Shown here piece after piece: positions 46,063 to 55,998 of a stretch of DNA of 64,000 nucleotides. Within the stretch, counting starts at the first letter, position 1, and every line of letters begins with the position of its first letter. The notes under the pieces are model-generated. The model was not told the origin of the DNA and did not search any database. It worked only from the letters and a program-made list of their open reading frames with translations. A program made the translations under genes and the position numbers. Source of the DNA: a virus (lineage: Duplodnaviria; Caudoviricetes); the IMG/VR virus record IMGVR_UViG_3300020365_000001; one strand, written 5' to 3'.

Positions 46063-46283
46063 GATTGAATTTTTTCTAATACTTCCTGAACAACTTCTTT
46101 GATGATACTAACATCAATCCCCAGGAAGGGTGGGATCATGCCAATGGTTCTAAAAAATCCGTCAACAAATAGTGCTAGGAAAATAATACCTAGGACCATG
46201 CTGATCATTGAGGCATTGCGATTGTGCTGAGTGATAGCAGCATCAATCATCTGCTGGACTTCCTCCTTTGTGGGGTTTGTCAT
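46059..46283 (-). CDS. Small membrane protein
   Basis: EVQQMIDAAI..HNRNAS.ISM.LG...GMIPPF. Confidence 0.65.
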   Translation of the reverse strand: MTNPTKEEVQQMIDAAITQHNRNASMISMVLGIIFLALFVDGFFRTIGMIPPFLGIDVSIIKEVVQEVLEKIQS

Positions 46284-46449
46284 GTGAGTTGAATGGTTCC
46301 CAATGTTCCCAACCATATTTGTGAACTGCCCACATACCCAGGATGGGTACGAAGACTAGTAGAGAGGACAATAAACCTAAAGAATATTGGTTATTTAGAA
46401 CCAATGCAGAGAGTCTCCCTGCCGTGTGTGCTATTCCGGATAATCCCAT
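46243..46449 (-). CDS. Small membrane protein
   Basis: TM helix followed by HKYGWEHWEPF. Confidence 0.6.
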   Translation of the reverse strand: MGLSGIAHTAGRLSALVLNNQYSLGLLSSLLVFVPILGMWAVHKYGWEHWEPFNSHDKPHKGGSPADD

Positions 46450-47780
46450 TTGGTGATGAAATCAGTCTTATGAACTGGACCCCAGGCACCTTCATGGTAA
46501 AGATAGGGACTTGTCCTCACAGCACAATTATCGCCGGTGCAGAGCAATTCGTCAACGATTCGCCAGGATTCCAACACTTCTTCTGAATGAACAAAGTGAG
46601 ACTGGTCTCCGTTGATTGCATCATAAAGAAGTTTTTCATATCCATCTACGCCCAACCAATCAGGATAGCGGTGGGTGAGTGTTGCAAGTTCAACCTTATC
46701 ACCAAGTCCAGGAGACTTCACATCAATCTGGATATCAAGGTGAGCATGTGGTTGAAGACGCATCACAATACGTCCAGGAGTTTCACCCTCAAACAATGAT
46801 GACAGTGGAGGGGTCTTGAGTTTGATTACAACCTCCACACACTTGTAGGGCATCTTCTTACCAGTCAGGTAATAGAAAGGAACCCCTTGCCACCTCCAGT
46901 TATCGATGTACAAGTCACCCGCAACAAAGGTTTGGGTATTAGACTCTGGTCCAACTCCCTGCTCCTCACGATAACCTTCATACTGACCAGTAATAAACTT
47001 CTTACCAAGGCGAGTGGCAGAAAGTAGTTTTACTTTTTCTCTACGAACTTCTGTAGCATCCATACGACATGGTGCTTCCATAGCAATCAGTGCCAGGACT
47101 TGCAGCATGTGGTTCTGGAGCATGTCTCTCACGACACCAGCAGTGTCATAGTATTGTGAGCGACCATCACAACCAATAGTTTCAGATGCAAAGATCTGTA
47201 CTTCTTCTACGTAATTGCGGTTCCATAGAGGTTCCAGCAGAACGTTGCCAAACCGAGTAGCAAGAATATTGTTGACAGTATCTTTACCAAGATAATGGTC
47301 AATGCGATAGACTTGTTTTTCGCGTAGATATCTCCCAACCACAGACTGTAGATGATTAGCAGATTCAAGATTGTACCCAAAGGGTTTCTCGATAACCACT
47401 CTGGAGTGGTCTGGGTCGTCAAGGAATCCTGCTTCTTTGAGATTGATGATAGCATTCTCATATCGTTCAGGCGGGACTGACAAGAAGTACGTAGTTTCTA
47501 CAGTTTCATCATGGAGAGCATGAAGACTTTCTTGGCAATCCAAGTCAGCACATTGGAAGTCCAACCAATGTGTGAAGTCTTGAGGATACTCTCCTAAAAG
47601 TTCTAACCATTGATGTCGAGTGTACTCACGACGAGAACACCCGACAACTAAAAGATTCTCCGGCAGTAATTGCTTACGCCACAACTGGAACAGTGCTGGA
47701 ATCAGTTTTCTTTTACAAAGATCACCAGTCGCACCAAAGATAACGATGCGTTTACTAATGTGCTGTTCCGTTTCCATCAT
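46431..47780 (-). CDS. zwf: Glucose-6-phosphate dehydrogenase
   Basis: IFGATGDL, EKPFG, RIDHYLGK, RDMLQNH; start moved to 47780/47777. Confidence 0.97.
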   Translation of the reverse strand: MMETEQHISKRIVIFGATGDLCKRKLIPALFQLWRKQLLPENLLVVGCSRREYTRHQWLELLGEYPQDFTHWLDFQCADLDCQESLHALHDETVETTYFLSVPPERYENAIINLKEAGFLDDPDHSRVVIEKPFGYNLESANHLQSVVGRYLREKQVYRIDHYLGKDTVNNILATRFGNVLLEPLWNRNYVEEVQIFASETIGCDGRSQYYDTAGVVRDMLQNHMLQVLALIAMEAPCRMDATEVRREKVKLLSATRLGKKFITGQYEGYREEQGVGPESNTQTFVAGDLYIDNWRWQGVPFYYLTGKKMPYKCVEVVIKLKTPPLSSLFEGETPGRIVMRLQPHAHLDIQIDVKSPGLGDKVELATLTHRYPDWLGVDGYEKLLYDAINGDQSHFVHSEEVLESWRIVDELLCTGDNCAVRTSPYLYHEGAWGPVHKTDFITKWDYPE

Positions 47781-47886
47781 AATTTTCGGAGTCGTAGTAG
47801 ACATTTTCACCTTTTCGTATCCCGAAATATATCGTGGATAGTACAAAGGGTATTGCTGTCCAAATAAGGACATCAGAGAAGGTCAC
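47755..47886 (-). CDS. ndhP: NdhP-like small NDH-1 subunit
   Basis: Read manually, GTG start: MTFSDVLIWTAIPFVLSTIYFGIRKGENVYYDSENYDGNGTAH; TM helix plus FG...YD...Y.GNG.AH tail. Confidence 0.8.
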   Translation of the reverse strand: MTFSDVLIWTAIPFVLSTIYFGIRKGENVYYDSENYDGNGTAH

Positions 47887-48377
47887 GATTTTTTAGGAGG
47901 TACAACGGGAGGTTCCCCGGATGCAGTGTTGGTTCCAATGGTCAGTGGTGCTTGTTCAATACGAATGGTCTGTGCCGGAGCAGTACGTGCTGCTGCTTCA
48001 ATAAGGCGTTCCATATCTGCCTTACTGATGCCGCCACCGCCACCATTCATAGCACCTTTCTTAGCAGTCTGAACCCCGAACGTAGCTAAAACCCCAGTAA
48101 AGACACTGGCGATAAAGGTCGGATCGAGATCCTGCTTAGGCATCTTGAATGCTTCAGGCAGATCTACATATGCCAGAGTAAGAATACCACCAGACCAGAT
48201 AAGGATACCCAGACGGACTAGCGTAGACAACGCTGCCATCTTCTCATCAGGATCCTTATCATCGTCTTCTTTCTTGGATTTTGCTTTGTCTTCGGGTTTC
48301 TTTTTACCGAAGGGCAACCAACCAGTCTTTTCTTTCTCGTCCTTAGGGGGAGGAGAAGCCGGTCCTTTCTCAGTCAT
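47883..48377 (-). CDS. Two-TM conserved membrane protein
   Basis: LVRLGILIWSG.ILTL.Y...DPTFIASVFTG.LATFGV. Confidence 0.75.
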   Translation of the reverse strand: MTEKGPASPPPKDEKEKTGWLPFGKKKPEDKAKSKKEDDDKDPDEKMAALSTLVRLGILIWSGGILTLAYVDLPEAFKMPKQDLDPTFIASVFTGVLATFGVQTAKKGAMNGGGGGISKADMERLIEAAARTAPAQTIRIEQAPLTIGTNTASGEPPVVPPKKS

Positions 48378-48401
48378 ATGCCAGGATAAGTCTGGCTATA
48401 T

Positions 48402-48662
48402 TTAGAACGGTACTGGTCCTCCAGTGAGTTTGGCCTTAGGTGCAGGCACGGGAGGAAGGACACCACCGGTAGTCTTTGGCAGTCCACCACCGTTGAATTT
48501 ACTAACGATAGCGTCCTGAACGCCCTTGGTTACTTGTGCTTTGATGTTGTCTCGGATATTGTCACGATTCACATACACATAACCAGCAGTGCCTACGACA
48601 CCTACGCTAGTAATGAATGAGAACACTGACATGAGACTAAGAATTTTCTGCATGTTCCTCAA
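48402..48662 (-). CDS. Small membrane-anchored protein
   Basis: N-terminal TM helix, Pro/Gly tail. Confidence 0.65.
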   Translation of the reverse strand: MRNMQKILSLMSVFSFITSVGVVGTAGYVYVNRDNIRDNIKAQVTKGVQDAIVSKFNGGGLPKTTGGVLPPVPAPKAKLTGGPVPF

Positions 48663-48873
48663 TAGGAGTTAGTGTGTACAAAGTTTCTGCACGATTACGA
48701 ATGTAATTCTGGAAGTGTTGTTCAAGTCCAATGGTTGTTTTGTTACCCTGACTTACCCAGTCATGACAGAACTCATACACAAGTCTGCAATGATCATTTA
48801 GGTGATGAGACAATGCACGAAAAACTTCGGCTCGAAGTTGCATGCGTTCTTCAGAGTATCTCCAGTCATTCAT
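48637..48873 (-). CDS. Conserved cyanophage hypothetical protein
   Basis: DWRYSEERM.LR...YEFCHDWVSQGN. Confidence 0.7.
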   Translation of the reverse strand: MNDWRYSEERMQLRAEVFRALSHHLNDHCRLVYEFCHDWVSQGNKTTIGLEQHFQNYIRNRAETLYTLTPIEEHAENS

Positions 48874-49201
48874 GTCGCTGGGATCCAATAAAGCTTTCCG
48901 CATCGAGGACAACGAGAGGTCGTCTGCCATTCTTTTTTATAAAGAGGATTGGTTCGTAATCACCAGAGTTGGCACACGCCTGGTCATATGCATCCCAGAC
49001 GTTTAGTCTCTCTGTGTTCTTGCATTCTACACTGAAAGGGAACTTTTGTCTAGCTGCACGTGCCATGATGATGTCTTCACCACCAGCACCCATAGATCTA
49101 GACTCTACATCCTCAGGATGTACTTCCAACATTTCTATAAGTTTAGTTCTAACCCACTGTTGGAGTCTTCTACCCTTAGCCTTAGCAGACTGAACCCTCA
49201 T
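48866..49201 (-). CDS. Hjc-like resolvase/endonuclease
   Basis: SAKAKGRRLQQWVR, MGAGGEDI, SVECKN.E. Confidence 0.75.
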   Translation of the reverse strand: MRVQSAKAKGRRLQQWVRTKLIEMLEVHPEDVESRSMGAGGEDIIMARAARQKFPFSVECKNTERLNVWDAYDQACANSGDYEPILFIKKNGRRPLVVLDAESFIGSQRHE

Positions 49202-49883
49202 TACCTAGTCGTTCACTTACTATATCTATAACATATTTCGCTATCGTCTTATGACCTTCTACAGAAGGATGTCCATCGTAAGGTATTCTATCAAAAACTA
49301 ATCCTGTTCTACTTGATTGCATCCCTAAGTGCATATCATACTTGTTATCAGTTTCGTGAGGGTTCAGCAATGTACTAAAGAAAGATCTTTCCAATCGTCC
49401 CACAGATGCAAGGTAAGCCTTGAATGAGTTGTATACAACAGTTTCTTGAGTTCTTGCCCCATAATCACTGTACATCCTACTAAATCTAAAATCTATCCAA
49501 TCTGCAAACTTACGTCCATCTACAAGTCCCCACCGTTCTATACATTTAGATTCTAAACCAACATAATCCGATAAACTATATCTCATCCACCTTTTCTTTC
49601 TATCATCATAAAACTCACCTCTGATAGGAACGGTGGTTTGTAGAAAATAAAAGTCATAAACATTAGTAGTAGGTTTATGAAACAGGTTTCTCATAACTGT
49701 TTCATTACAAGCACCACAAGAAGATGCGTTTATTTCCTCAGCACCAAAGTGATCACAGACCAACTTTGACCAGCGATATTTGGTGGGGTCAAGGTGAAGT
49801 ATGTTACCTAATCCACCACCATAGGTGAGGGAGTCCCCATCAAAATAAAATTTCAATCTTTGATACCCTTGATTTTTTTCCAC
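49182..49883 (-). CDS. SGNH/GDSL hydrolase-like protein
   Basis: FDGDSLTYG (block I), NASSCG (block II), DGHPSVEGH (block V). Confidence 0.65.
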   Translation of the reverse strand: MEKNQGYQRLKFYFDGDSLTYGGGLGNILHLDPTKYRWSKLVCDHFGAEEINASSCGACNETVMRNLFHKPTTNVYDFYFLQTTVPIRGEFYDDRKKRWMRYSLSDYVGLESKCIERWGLVDGRKFADWIDFRFSRMYSDYGARTQETVVYNSFKAYLASVGRLERSFFSTLLNPHETDNKYDMHLGMQSSRTGLVFDRIPYDGHPSVEGHKTIAKYVIDIVSERLGNEGSVC

Positions 49884-50002
49884 TTGTTATGCATTGCCTG
49901 AAGGTGCCAAGACTGTGACAGACTCTTGGCACCTTCCTCCAATACTTTTAGATCTCTTGGATCACTAGTGTACTTCTTATAATCTTCTCTCCAATTTGTC
50001 AT
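49853..50002 (-). CDS. 49-aa hypothetical protein
   Basis: Read manually: MTNWREDYKKYTSDPRDLKVLEEGAKSLSQSWHLQAMHNKWKKIKGIKD; ATGA overlap with nrdB. Confidence 0.6.
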   Translation of the reverse strand: MTNWREDYKKYTSDPRDLKVLEEGAKSLSQSWHLQAMHNKWKKIKGIKD

Positions 50003-51171
50003 AGTTGGAATCCGCTGAAGGAATCTTTCTTGACATCCTGCTTGATACCACCCACCACGTAGGACTCCACCTCCGTCTCCTGTGGGGCGACCTGAAGACC
50101 TTTAGAGGAGATCCAGTGCTCAGTCCAAGGAAGTGGGTTATTGTGCACTGGAGCGTCATACAGAGGGGTCAGACCAATCGCTCGCATACGCTTGTTAGCG
50201 ATCCACTCCACATACTTGACGAGGAGTTTGTCATTGAGACCGATCATGCTTCCATCCTTGAACAGATACTGTGCCCACTCTTTCTCTTCTGCCACTGCAT
50301 TGGCAAACATATCGGTTACAGTCTGCTCTTCTTCCTTGATGATCTCCAACATCTCAGGATCATCACCCTTTTGCCATGCCTTGATGATCTGTTGAGTCAG
50401 CACAGTGTGCTGGTTCTCATCACGTGCAATCAGAGAGATGATCTTTGCAGATCCTTCCATCAGTTTCAGTTCACCAAAGGCAAACGAACAAGCAAAGGAC
50501 ACATAGAAACGAATACCCTCAAGGATATTGACGTTTGACACTGCCAGATACAGACGACGCTTCAGTTCCTTACGGGTGTACTCAGCAGTAGGGGAACCAG
50601 CATAGTCTGCTGACCACATATTACCACCACCCCACTCGTTTGCTACTTGCAGGAACTCATCGTATGCCCTTGTCACACTCTTGGCACGTGCCAGGATGCG
50701 TTCATCATCCAGGATGGTGTCAAAGACCTCAGCAGGATCGGGATACACATTCTTGATAATGTATGTGTAAGAACGTGAGTGGATCATCTCCATGAACTGC
50801 CATACATTCATGGCACCTTCCAATTCAGGGAGAGCACAGTATGGAGAGAATGCCATCCCAGGACCACGACCCTGCACAGAGTCCAGGAGGATCTGATACT
50901 TCAGGTTGGAGGTGAAGATGTGCTTCTGCTCAGGACGCAGAGTCTTGTAGTCGCCACGATCTTTCTGGAGAGACACCTCTTCAGGACGCCAGAAGTATCC
51001 CAGCATCTGGTTGGTCAGTTTTTCAAAGACTGGGTACTTATAGGAGTCGTACCGCTGGACACCCAGGGGTGCCCCAAAGAACATCGGTTGTGTTTTAGTA
51101 TCAACGTGATTATCGTTGAATACTGTCATACCTTGAACAGGCATATCTTTTGAATTTTTTCTAAATTGCAC
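49999..51171 (-). CDS. nrdB: Ribonucleotide reductase class Ia beta subunit
   Basis: FWRPEEV, LLDSVQGR, E.IHSRSY, LEGIRFYVSF, RDE.QH; start GTG 51171 or ATG 51144. Confidence 0.97.
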   Translation of the reverse strand: MQFRKNSKDMPVQGMTVFNDNHVDTKTQPMFFGAPLGVQRYDSYKYPVFEKLTNQMLGYFWRPEEVSLQKDRGDYKTLRPEQKHIFTSNLKYQILLDSVQGRGPGMAFSPYCALPELEGAMNVWQFMEMIHSRSYTYIIKNVYPDPAEVFDTILDDERILARAKSVTRAYDEFLQVANEWGGGNMWSADYAGSPTAEYTRKELKRRLYLAVSNVNILEGIRFYVSFACSFAFGELKLMEGSAKIISLIARDENQHTVLTQQIIKAWQKGDDPEMLEIIKEEEQTVTDMFANAVAEEKEWAQYLFKDGSMIGLNDKLLVKYVEWIANKRMRAIGLTPLYDAPVHNNPLPWTEHWISSKGLQVAPQETEVESYVVGGIKQDVKKDSFSGFQL

Positions 51172-53482
51172 AGGATTCACAGGTTTCTTCGTCTTCGTTT
51201 TGAATGGAGGCGATAAGAGAATTCTTATCTGGTACGTTGTCATGCCAGCCAATGGAGTGTGCTGGTTCGTCCATTTCGTCGGACTTCATGTCATGTGTGT
51301 TCTGGTAGTAAGAAGTCTTCCAACCGTATTTGTATGTGGTCAATAGATCGTTTGCCATAACAGACACAGGTACTTCATTGTTGTCATAATCGATAGGATT
51401 ATAACTCCAGTTACCTGAAATTGCCTGATCAAAGAACTTTTGCATCACGGAAACGACGTTGATGTAACCTCGGTTTCCTTTCATCTCCCAGAGGAGAGTG
51501 TAACTGTTCTTCAATCGTTGGTACTGTGGTACCACTTGCTTGAGCGGACCCTTCTTGGATTTTTTGATGGACAGGTAGTCACGCGGTGGTTCGATTCCGT
51601 TGGTGGCATTTGACACAACGGAACTGCTCTCCGATGGCATCTGTGCGGACAGTGTTGAGTGCCGTAATCCGTGTTCGGCGATAGATACCCTAAGACTATC
51701 CCAATCATGTTGCAAATCTACGCAAGAAATTTCGTCAACATCTTTCTTATAATGATCAATAGGCAAGAGTCCCTGAGCATATTTAGTAGCAGGGAAGTAT
51801 TCACATTGACCCTTCTCTTCTGCCAGTTTGTTTGACGCTTTGAGGAGATAATACTGGAACGATTCTGTCAGGGAGTGAACTGCATCCCATGCCTCTTGAC
51901 TGTCATAGTTGAACCCAAGTTTGGCAAGGTAGTGTGCCAGACCAATGAACCCAACACCCAGTGACCGACGTGCTTTTGTGCTGATCTCTGCTGCTTTGAC
52001 AGGGTACTCTTGATAGTCAATGATCTCATCCAGACCACGGACAACCAGGTCACACAAGTCTTCCAGTTCGTCGTCAGACCGTACCTTACCCACGTTGATA
52101 GCAGACAGGATGCACAAGGCAATTTCTCCCGCTCCATCAATGTGCTGGATGGGGTCTGTAGGCAGGGTAATCTCTTGACACAGGTTGCTCATCGACACCT
52201 TGTCAGTGAACGAGGAGTGACTGTTACAGTGGTCGATATTCATGATGTAAATACGACCTGTCTCTGCCCGTTCTTTTAGGATTGAGAGGATGAGTTCCTG
52301 TGCACTGACGGTGGTGCGGGGGATGGACTCGTCTTGTTCGTACTGGCAATAAAGACTGTCAAAAGAATCAGTGCCGAAAGCGTCGAAAAGACCAGGCACA
52401 GCATGCGGACTGAACAATGAAACGGTTTCGTTTTTGATAAACCGTTCGTAGAAGAGTTTGCTGAACTGGATACTGTAGTCAAGTTTTCTTACACGGTTGT
52501 CTTCGGTCCCTTTGTTGTTCTTGAGGACGATGATGTCTTCGATTTCTTGGTGCCAGATTGGAAAGTGAACCGTAGCTGATCCACCTCGGACGCCATTTTG
52601 AGTGCAGCATCTGACAGTTGATTCAAATTTCTTGAGAAACGGAACAACGCCAGTGTGCTGAACTTCTCCGCCTCTGATTTTACTGTTGATGCCACGGATT
52701 GCGCCTGCGTTGATACCGATTCCCGCTCTTTGTGCAACGTATTTGCCAATAGCCATATCAGAGCTAAAGATGCTATCGAGGGTGTCAGCAACATCAACAA
52801 GAACACAACTAGCAAACTGTCTAAGGGGTGTTCGCACCCCTGCCATGACTGGTGTTGGGATGTTGATTCGGTGCTTGCTGATTGCGTCGTAGTATCGTTT
52901 GACATATGACAGACGTGTATCTTGTGGATAGTTGGCAAACAAAGTTGCCGCAATCATCATATACATTTGCTGGGGAGTCTCAAAGACTTTCCCATTGCTA
53001 CGGTCTTGTACCAGATACTTATCGACTACCTGGCGGAGACCAGCAAACGTAAACAAATAGTCACGTTCGTGATCAATGTAACCATTGAGAGTAGCAATCT
53101 CTTCAGGGGTATACTTATCTATAACGGTAGTGTCGTAAACACCACGTTCAATACAGTCCTTGATATGACTCTCTAGCGACGGAATGTCCTCAAGCAGACC
53201 ATACAGTTGCTTACGGACAGAGAACAGAAGCAAACGGGCAGCAACAAATTGATAGTTGGGATGATCGAGATCAATCAGGTCACTCGCAGACCTAATAAGA
53301 ATCTCTTGAATTTCTGCTGTGCTGATGCCATCAAAAAATTGGATACCAGATTGGATCTCTACCTGACTAGCAGAAACATTTGCCAATCCATCACATGCCC
53401 TCTCAACCATGACATGCATTTTGTCCAAATCAAGAAGTTCAATCGAACCGTTACGCTTGACAACTTTAGTACCGTTGCTCAT
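51161..53482 (-). CDS. nrdA: Ribonucleotide reductase class Ia alpha subunit (ATP cone; no intein seen)
   Basis: VVKRNG, PTP, FASCVL, SNLCQEI, MPSESS, C-terminal CESC. Confidence 0.98.
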   Translation of the reverse strand: MSNGTKVVKRNGSIELLDLDKMHVMVERACDGLANVSASQVEIQSGIQFFDGISTAEIQEILIRSASDLIDLDHPNYQFVAARLLLFSVRKQLYGLLEDIPSLESHIKDCIERGVYDTTVIDKYTPEEIATLNGYIDHERDYLFTFAGLRQVVDKYLVQDRSNGKVFETPQQMYMMIAATLFANYPQDTRLSYVKRYYDAISKHRINIPTPVMAGVRTPLRQFASCVLVDVADTLDSIFSSDMAIGKYVAQRAGIGINAGAIRGINSKIRGGEVQHTGVVPFLKKFESTVRCCTQNGVRGGSATVHFPIWHQEIEDIIVLKNNKGTEDNRVRKLDYSIQFSKLFYERFIKNETVSLFSPHAVPGLFDAFGTDSFDSLYCQYEQDESIPRTTVSAQELILSILKERAETGRIYIMNIDHCNSHSSFTDKVSMSNLCQEITLPTDPIQHIDGAGEIALCILSAINVGKVRSDDELEDLCDLVVRGLDEIIDYQEYPVKAAEISTKARRSLGVGFIGLAHYLAKLGFNYDSQEAWDAVHSLTESFQYYLLKASNKLAEEKGQCEYFPATKYAQGLLPIDHYKKDVDEISCVDLQHDWDSLRVSIAEHGLRHSTLSAQMPSESSSVVSNATNGIEPPRDYLSIKKSKKGPLKQVVPQYQRLKNSYTLLWEMKGNRGYINVVSVMQKFFDQAISGNWSYNPIDYDNNEVPVSVMANDLLTTYKYGWKTSYYQNTHDMKSDEMDEPAHSIGWHDNVPDKNSLIASIQNEDEETCESCAI

Positions 53483-54450
53483 ACTCTTTTCCAAGTTTGT
53501 AATTTTAGTTTTGCTTCTAAACCATGATACGTGTTACATTCTAGCAGAGATTGGATGTCCAGTCCAGCTAAATGCATATCGTTGATATCCTTCTGTCGTA
53601 TTTCAGAAGGAAAGATGACTACCTTGTGCTTTTGTTCAATGGCGTGAGAAATTTTAGATACGATCTCCCTGTTTCTTGGCTCGTTGTCGTAGACATAGAT
53701 AAAATCACCAGTGGCAGTGCCAAGAGAAATATCACTGCCGCACATTGCAATAGCATTGACAACAAAGTGGGAGTCGAAGGGTCCTTCGGTGACATAAACC
53801 GGTTTTTCCTTGTCAATTTTGTCCAGTCCGTAGACCTTTGGATGGTCGTCGTCAAGCATCAAGGTGAGATATTTAGGTTCTACGAACTTGTCTAATGCTC
53901 TACCCTGTAACCCAATCAATTTCTTGTTTTCATCATACATTGGTATGACTATACGGTCATGATCCTTATGGACATTTTCGTATGAGGGTTTGAGAGTATT
54001 GCAGAAATGCTTGAACTCTTTGGCATAATAAAAGTCGTTGGGATCTAGATCTCTAGACCTCAAATACTCTGCTGCCCGGTCATTCTCAGACGCTTTGGGC
54101 AGGTTTAGTTTCTTAGCAAAGACGGGTTTCTTGAACTTGAATACCTTGTCAGGAACAGTCGTTCCCTTTCCACTCAGACCTGACTTGTACCTCTCAAAGA
54201 CGTACTGATCATACAACTGTGAGTCCATGTCCTTCAAAAAGTTAGTGAAGGACTTAGACATGCCACAGTTGTGGCACTTGAAGTTGAAACTAGTCTTTAT
54301 TGAATAAAGATACCCTCGGGTTTTGTTCTTGTTCTTCTGTGAGTCGCCACAGTAAGGACACCTGAAGGTATATAAGTTCTTCTTAGTGGTTTTGAACTTC
54401 CCCAGTCTTGCAGATACCAAACTAATATACTTGGTATCGATGTGTATCAT
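53479..54450 (-). CDS. gp61: DNA primase gp61
   Basis: RCPYCGDS...CHNC, TEGPFDS, YDNEPRN, KDINDM. Confidence 0.95.
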   Translation of the reverse strand: MIHIDTKYISLVSARLGKFKTTKKNLYTFRCPYCGDSQKNKNKTRGYLYSIKTSFNFKCHNCGMSKSFTNFLKDMDSQLYDQYVFERYKSGLSGKGTTVPDKVFKFKKPVFAKKLNLPKASENDRAAEYLRSRDLDPNDFYYAKEFKHFCNTLKPSYENVHKDHDRIVIPMYDENKKLIGLQGRALDKFVEPKYLTLMLDDDHPKVYGLDKIDKEKPVYVTEGPFDSHFVVNAIAMCGSDISLGTATGDFIYVYDNEPRNREIVSKISHAIEQKHKVVIFPSEIRQKDINDMHLAGLDIQSLLECNTYHGLEAKLKLQTWKRV

Positions 54451-54456
54451 GGCAAG

Positions 54457-54840
54457 TTAGGGAGATTGTTTGATTATAGCAGGAGGCGTTTGGTCAGTCA
54501 ACACGCCTGCTATCTTTTGACCGATAGGAGACACTACAATACTGATCACTGCCAGGGCACCAGCAATGCTCCATAATTTTTTCTCTAGGGTTCTCAAGCG
54601 TTGATCAATAAGGCGTATGTCTCGCTCACACCCTGCCTTGATAAGGTCTGCTTCTGCATGGAACTCTACTCGTAACTCTTCTACCTTGTCAAAGAGTACG
54701 GCATCAATCCGATCTTGCTTTTCTAGTTTTTCATTGTGAACAGCAAGTAGTTGACCCATCTTCACGGAATTATCCTGAAGAGACTCCACCACTTTTTCTA
54801 GTCTCTCAAGTATTGCTGTGTTTACCTGATCGTTGTTCAC
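54457..54840 (-). CDS. Coiled-coil protein with C-terminal TM helix
   Basis: LLAVHNEKL...RLRTLEKKLW followed by a TM helix. Confidence 0.7.
   Translation of the reverse strand: MNNDQVNTAILERLEKVVESLQDNSVKMGQLLAVHNEKLEKQDRIDAVLFDKVEELRVEFHAEADLIKAGCERDIRLIDQRLRTLEKKLWSIAGALAVISIVVSPIGQKIAGVLTDQTPPAIIKQSP
54473..54501 (-). promoter_or_regulatory. sigma70-type promoter for primase-nrdAB
   Basis: TTGACT-17nt-TATAAT with extended TG. Confidence 0.75.
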
Positions 54841-55022
54841 TTTGGTGTCCAGATTTTACGTGAACGGGGACCTAGATAGGCGTATTTTTTTCTCTTTTTA
54901 TTTTTTATCGGGGGGTCATCCCCTGCCTCTTTAGACCCAGCAATCTTACCACCAGAAATACTGTTTGTAGGGACATCTTCCCTGATAAGATCTAGAATCC
55001 AATTGAGTTTCTTCTCGTCCAT
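54837..55022 (-). CDS. Small basic protein (possibly processed head protein)
   Basis: LIRE-DVPTN, basic C-terminus. Confidence 0.6.
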   Translation of the reverse strand: MDEKKLNWILDLIREDVPTNSISGGKIAGSKEAGDDPPIKNKKRKKYAYLGPRSRKIWTPK

Positions 55023-55393
55023 CAGATTGAGTTGAGAATTACGTTACATTCTTTATCAATTGGAATTCTATCTAGACCAGTCTTAGGATAGTCTGGAATT
55101 CTATTGAGGAAGAGCAAACAAGTGTACAGAACCGACCAATACTCTCTGTCGATTTTATAAAACAACAGAGGGATTGTGCCCTCCCCAAATACATTGAAGC
55201 ATATAATCAAATGATTCAAGATGAGATGATGTTTCAACTCACCTTGAACCTGGTACTTTTTGAGTAATCGTTTGATGTATTTGAATCTCTTTAGATCCTC
55301 CTCAAAATCCTCCATAGTGGAGGCATGAGGATTTTCATAATGTTTTATAGCAAAGAGCAAATAGTTATCATCATTTAGTTCATCAAATTTCAT
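55022..55393 (-). CDS. Conserved T4-like hypothetical protein
   Basis: FAIKHYENP...F.EDLKRFKYIKRL...LILNH.I. Confidence 0.8.
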   Translation of the reverse strand: MKFDELNDDNYLLFAIKHYENPHASTMEDFEEDLKRFKYIKRLLKKYQVQGELKHHLILNHLIICFNVFGEGTIPLLFYKIDREYWSVLYTCLLFLNRIPDYPKTGLDRIPIDKECNVILNSI

Positions 55394-55398
55394 TTACA

Positions 55399-55965
55399 TC
55401 AAGCTGTTACAGTAATAGTTCCTGCTGCTGTGCCAATAGATGCAGCGTTAGTGATCGTGGAGTTGGTGCTAGTACCAGCATCCTTGACCGAACCGCCGTT
55501 CAGTGCCATGGCATTAGCGCCAATGGACAGAACGTCATCAGCATCGGTTGCGGCATTGCCAGCAGCGATGGTGAGGGAGAAGACCAGTTCGTTGGTGCCT
55601 GTGCCTGAGGCATAGGACAACGTGTGGTTAGAGTTGGTGTCGTTCACAACGGTGAGTTGTGGCGTACCAGTAACGTCAACTGCTTCATTGAAACGAACTC
55701 GTACCTGCAAGGTACCACCATCCGACTTATCAAATGCAGTGGTGATGAATTCAATCTCAGTGATGTCAGCAGAACCAATAGACACTGCCAGTCCACTAAT
55801 AGCAACCAGCAACTCTGGATCCGCATCGGTATTATCGTTACCGCTCAGAGCAGAACCGGCTTCCCGAACCCAACCACTTGCGTTTGCAAAAACTTCTTTC
55901 TTCTCCGCAGTAGTCAAATTCTTTGGCTTAGACTCGTCTGCGTCTGATGCTCCCCAGAGTGCCAT
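55399..55965 (-). CDS. Probable virion structural protein (Ig-like beta domain)
   Basis: MALWG, RFNEAVDVTGTP, YASGTGTNELVF; CATAAATA upstream. Confidence 0.7.
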   Translation of the reverse strand: MALWGASDADESKPKNLTTAEKKEVFANASGWVREAGSALSGNDNTDADPELLVAISGLAVSIGSADITEIEFITTAFDKSDGGTLQVRVRFNEAVDVTGTPQLTVVNDTNSNHTLSYASGTGTNELVFSLTIAAGNAATDADDVLSIGANAMALNGGSVKDAGTSTNSTITNAASIGTAAGTITVTA

Positions 55966-55998
55966 GTTCTGTACGTAATTTTGTTGAAATATTTATGC

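Noticed and set aside
47781-47873. N-terminal extension of zwf
   Set aside because: It is the off-frame reading of the ndhP-like gene; G6PDH homology starts near 47780.
49999-53482. Introns or inteins in nrdA/nrdB (also thyX and psbA)
   Set aside because: The ORFs are continuous and of normal length.
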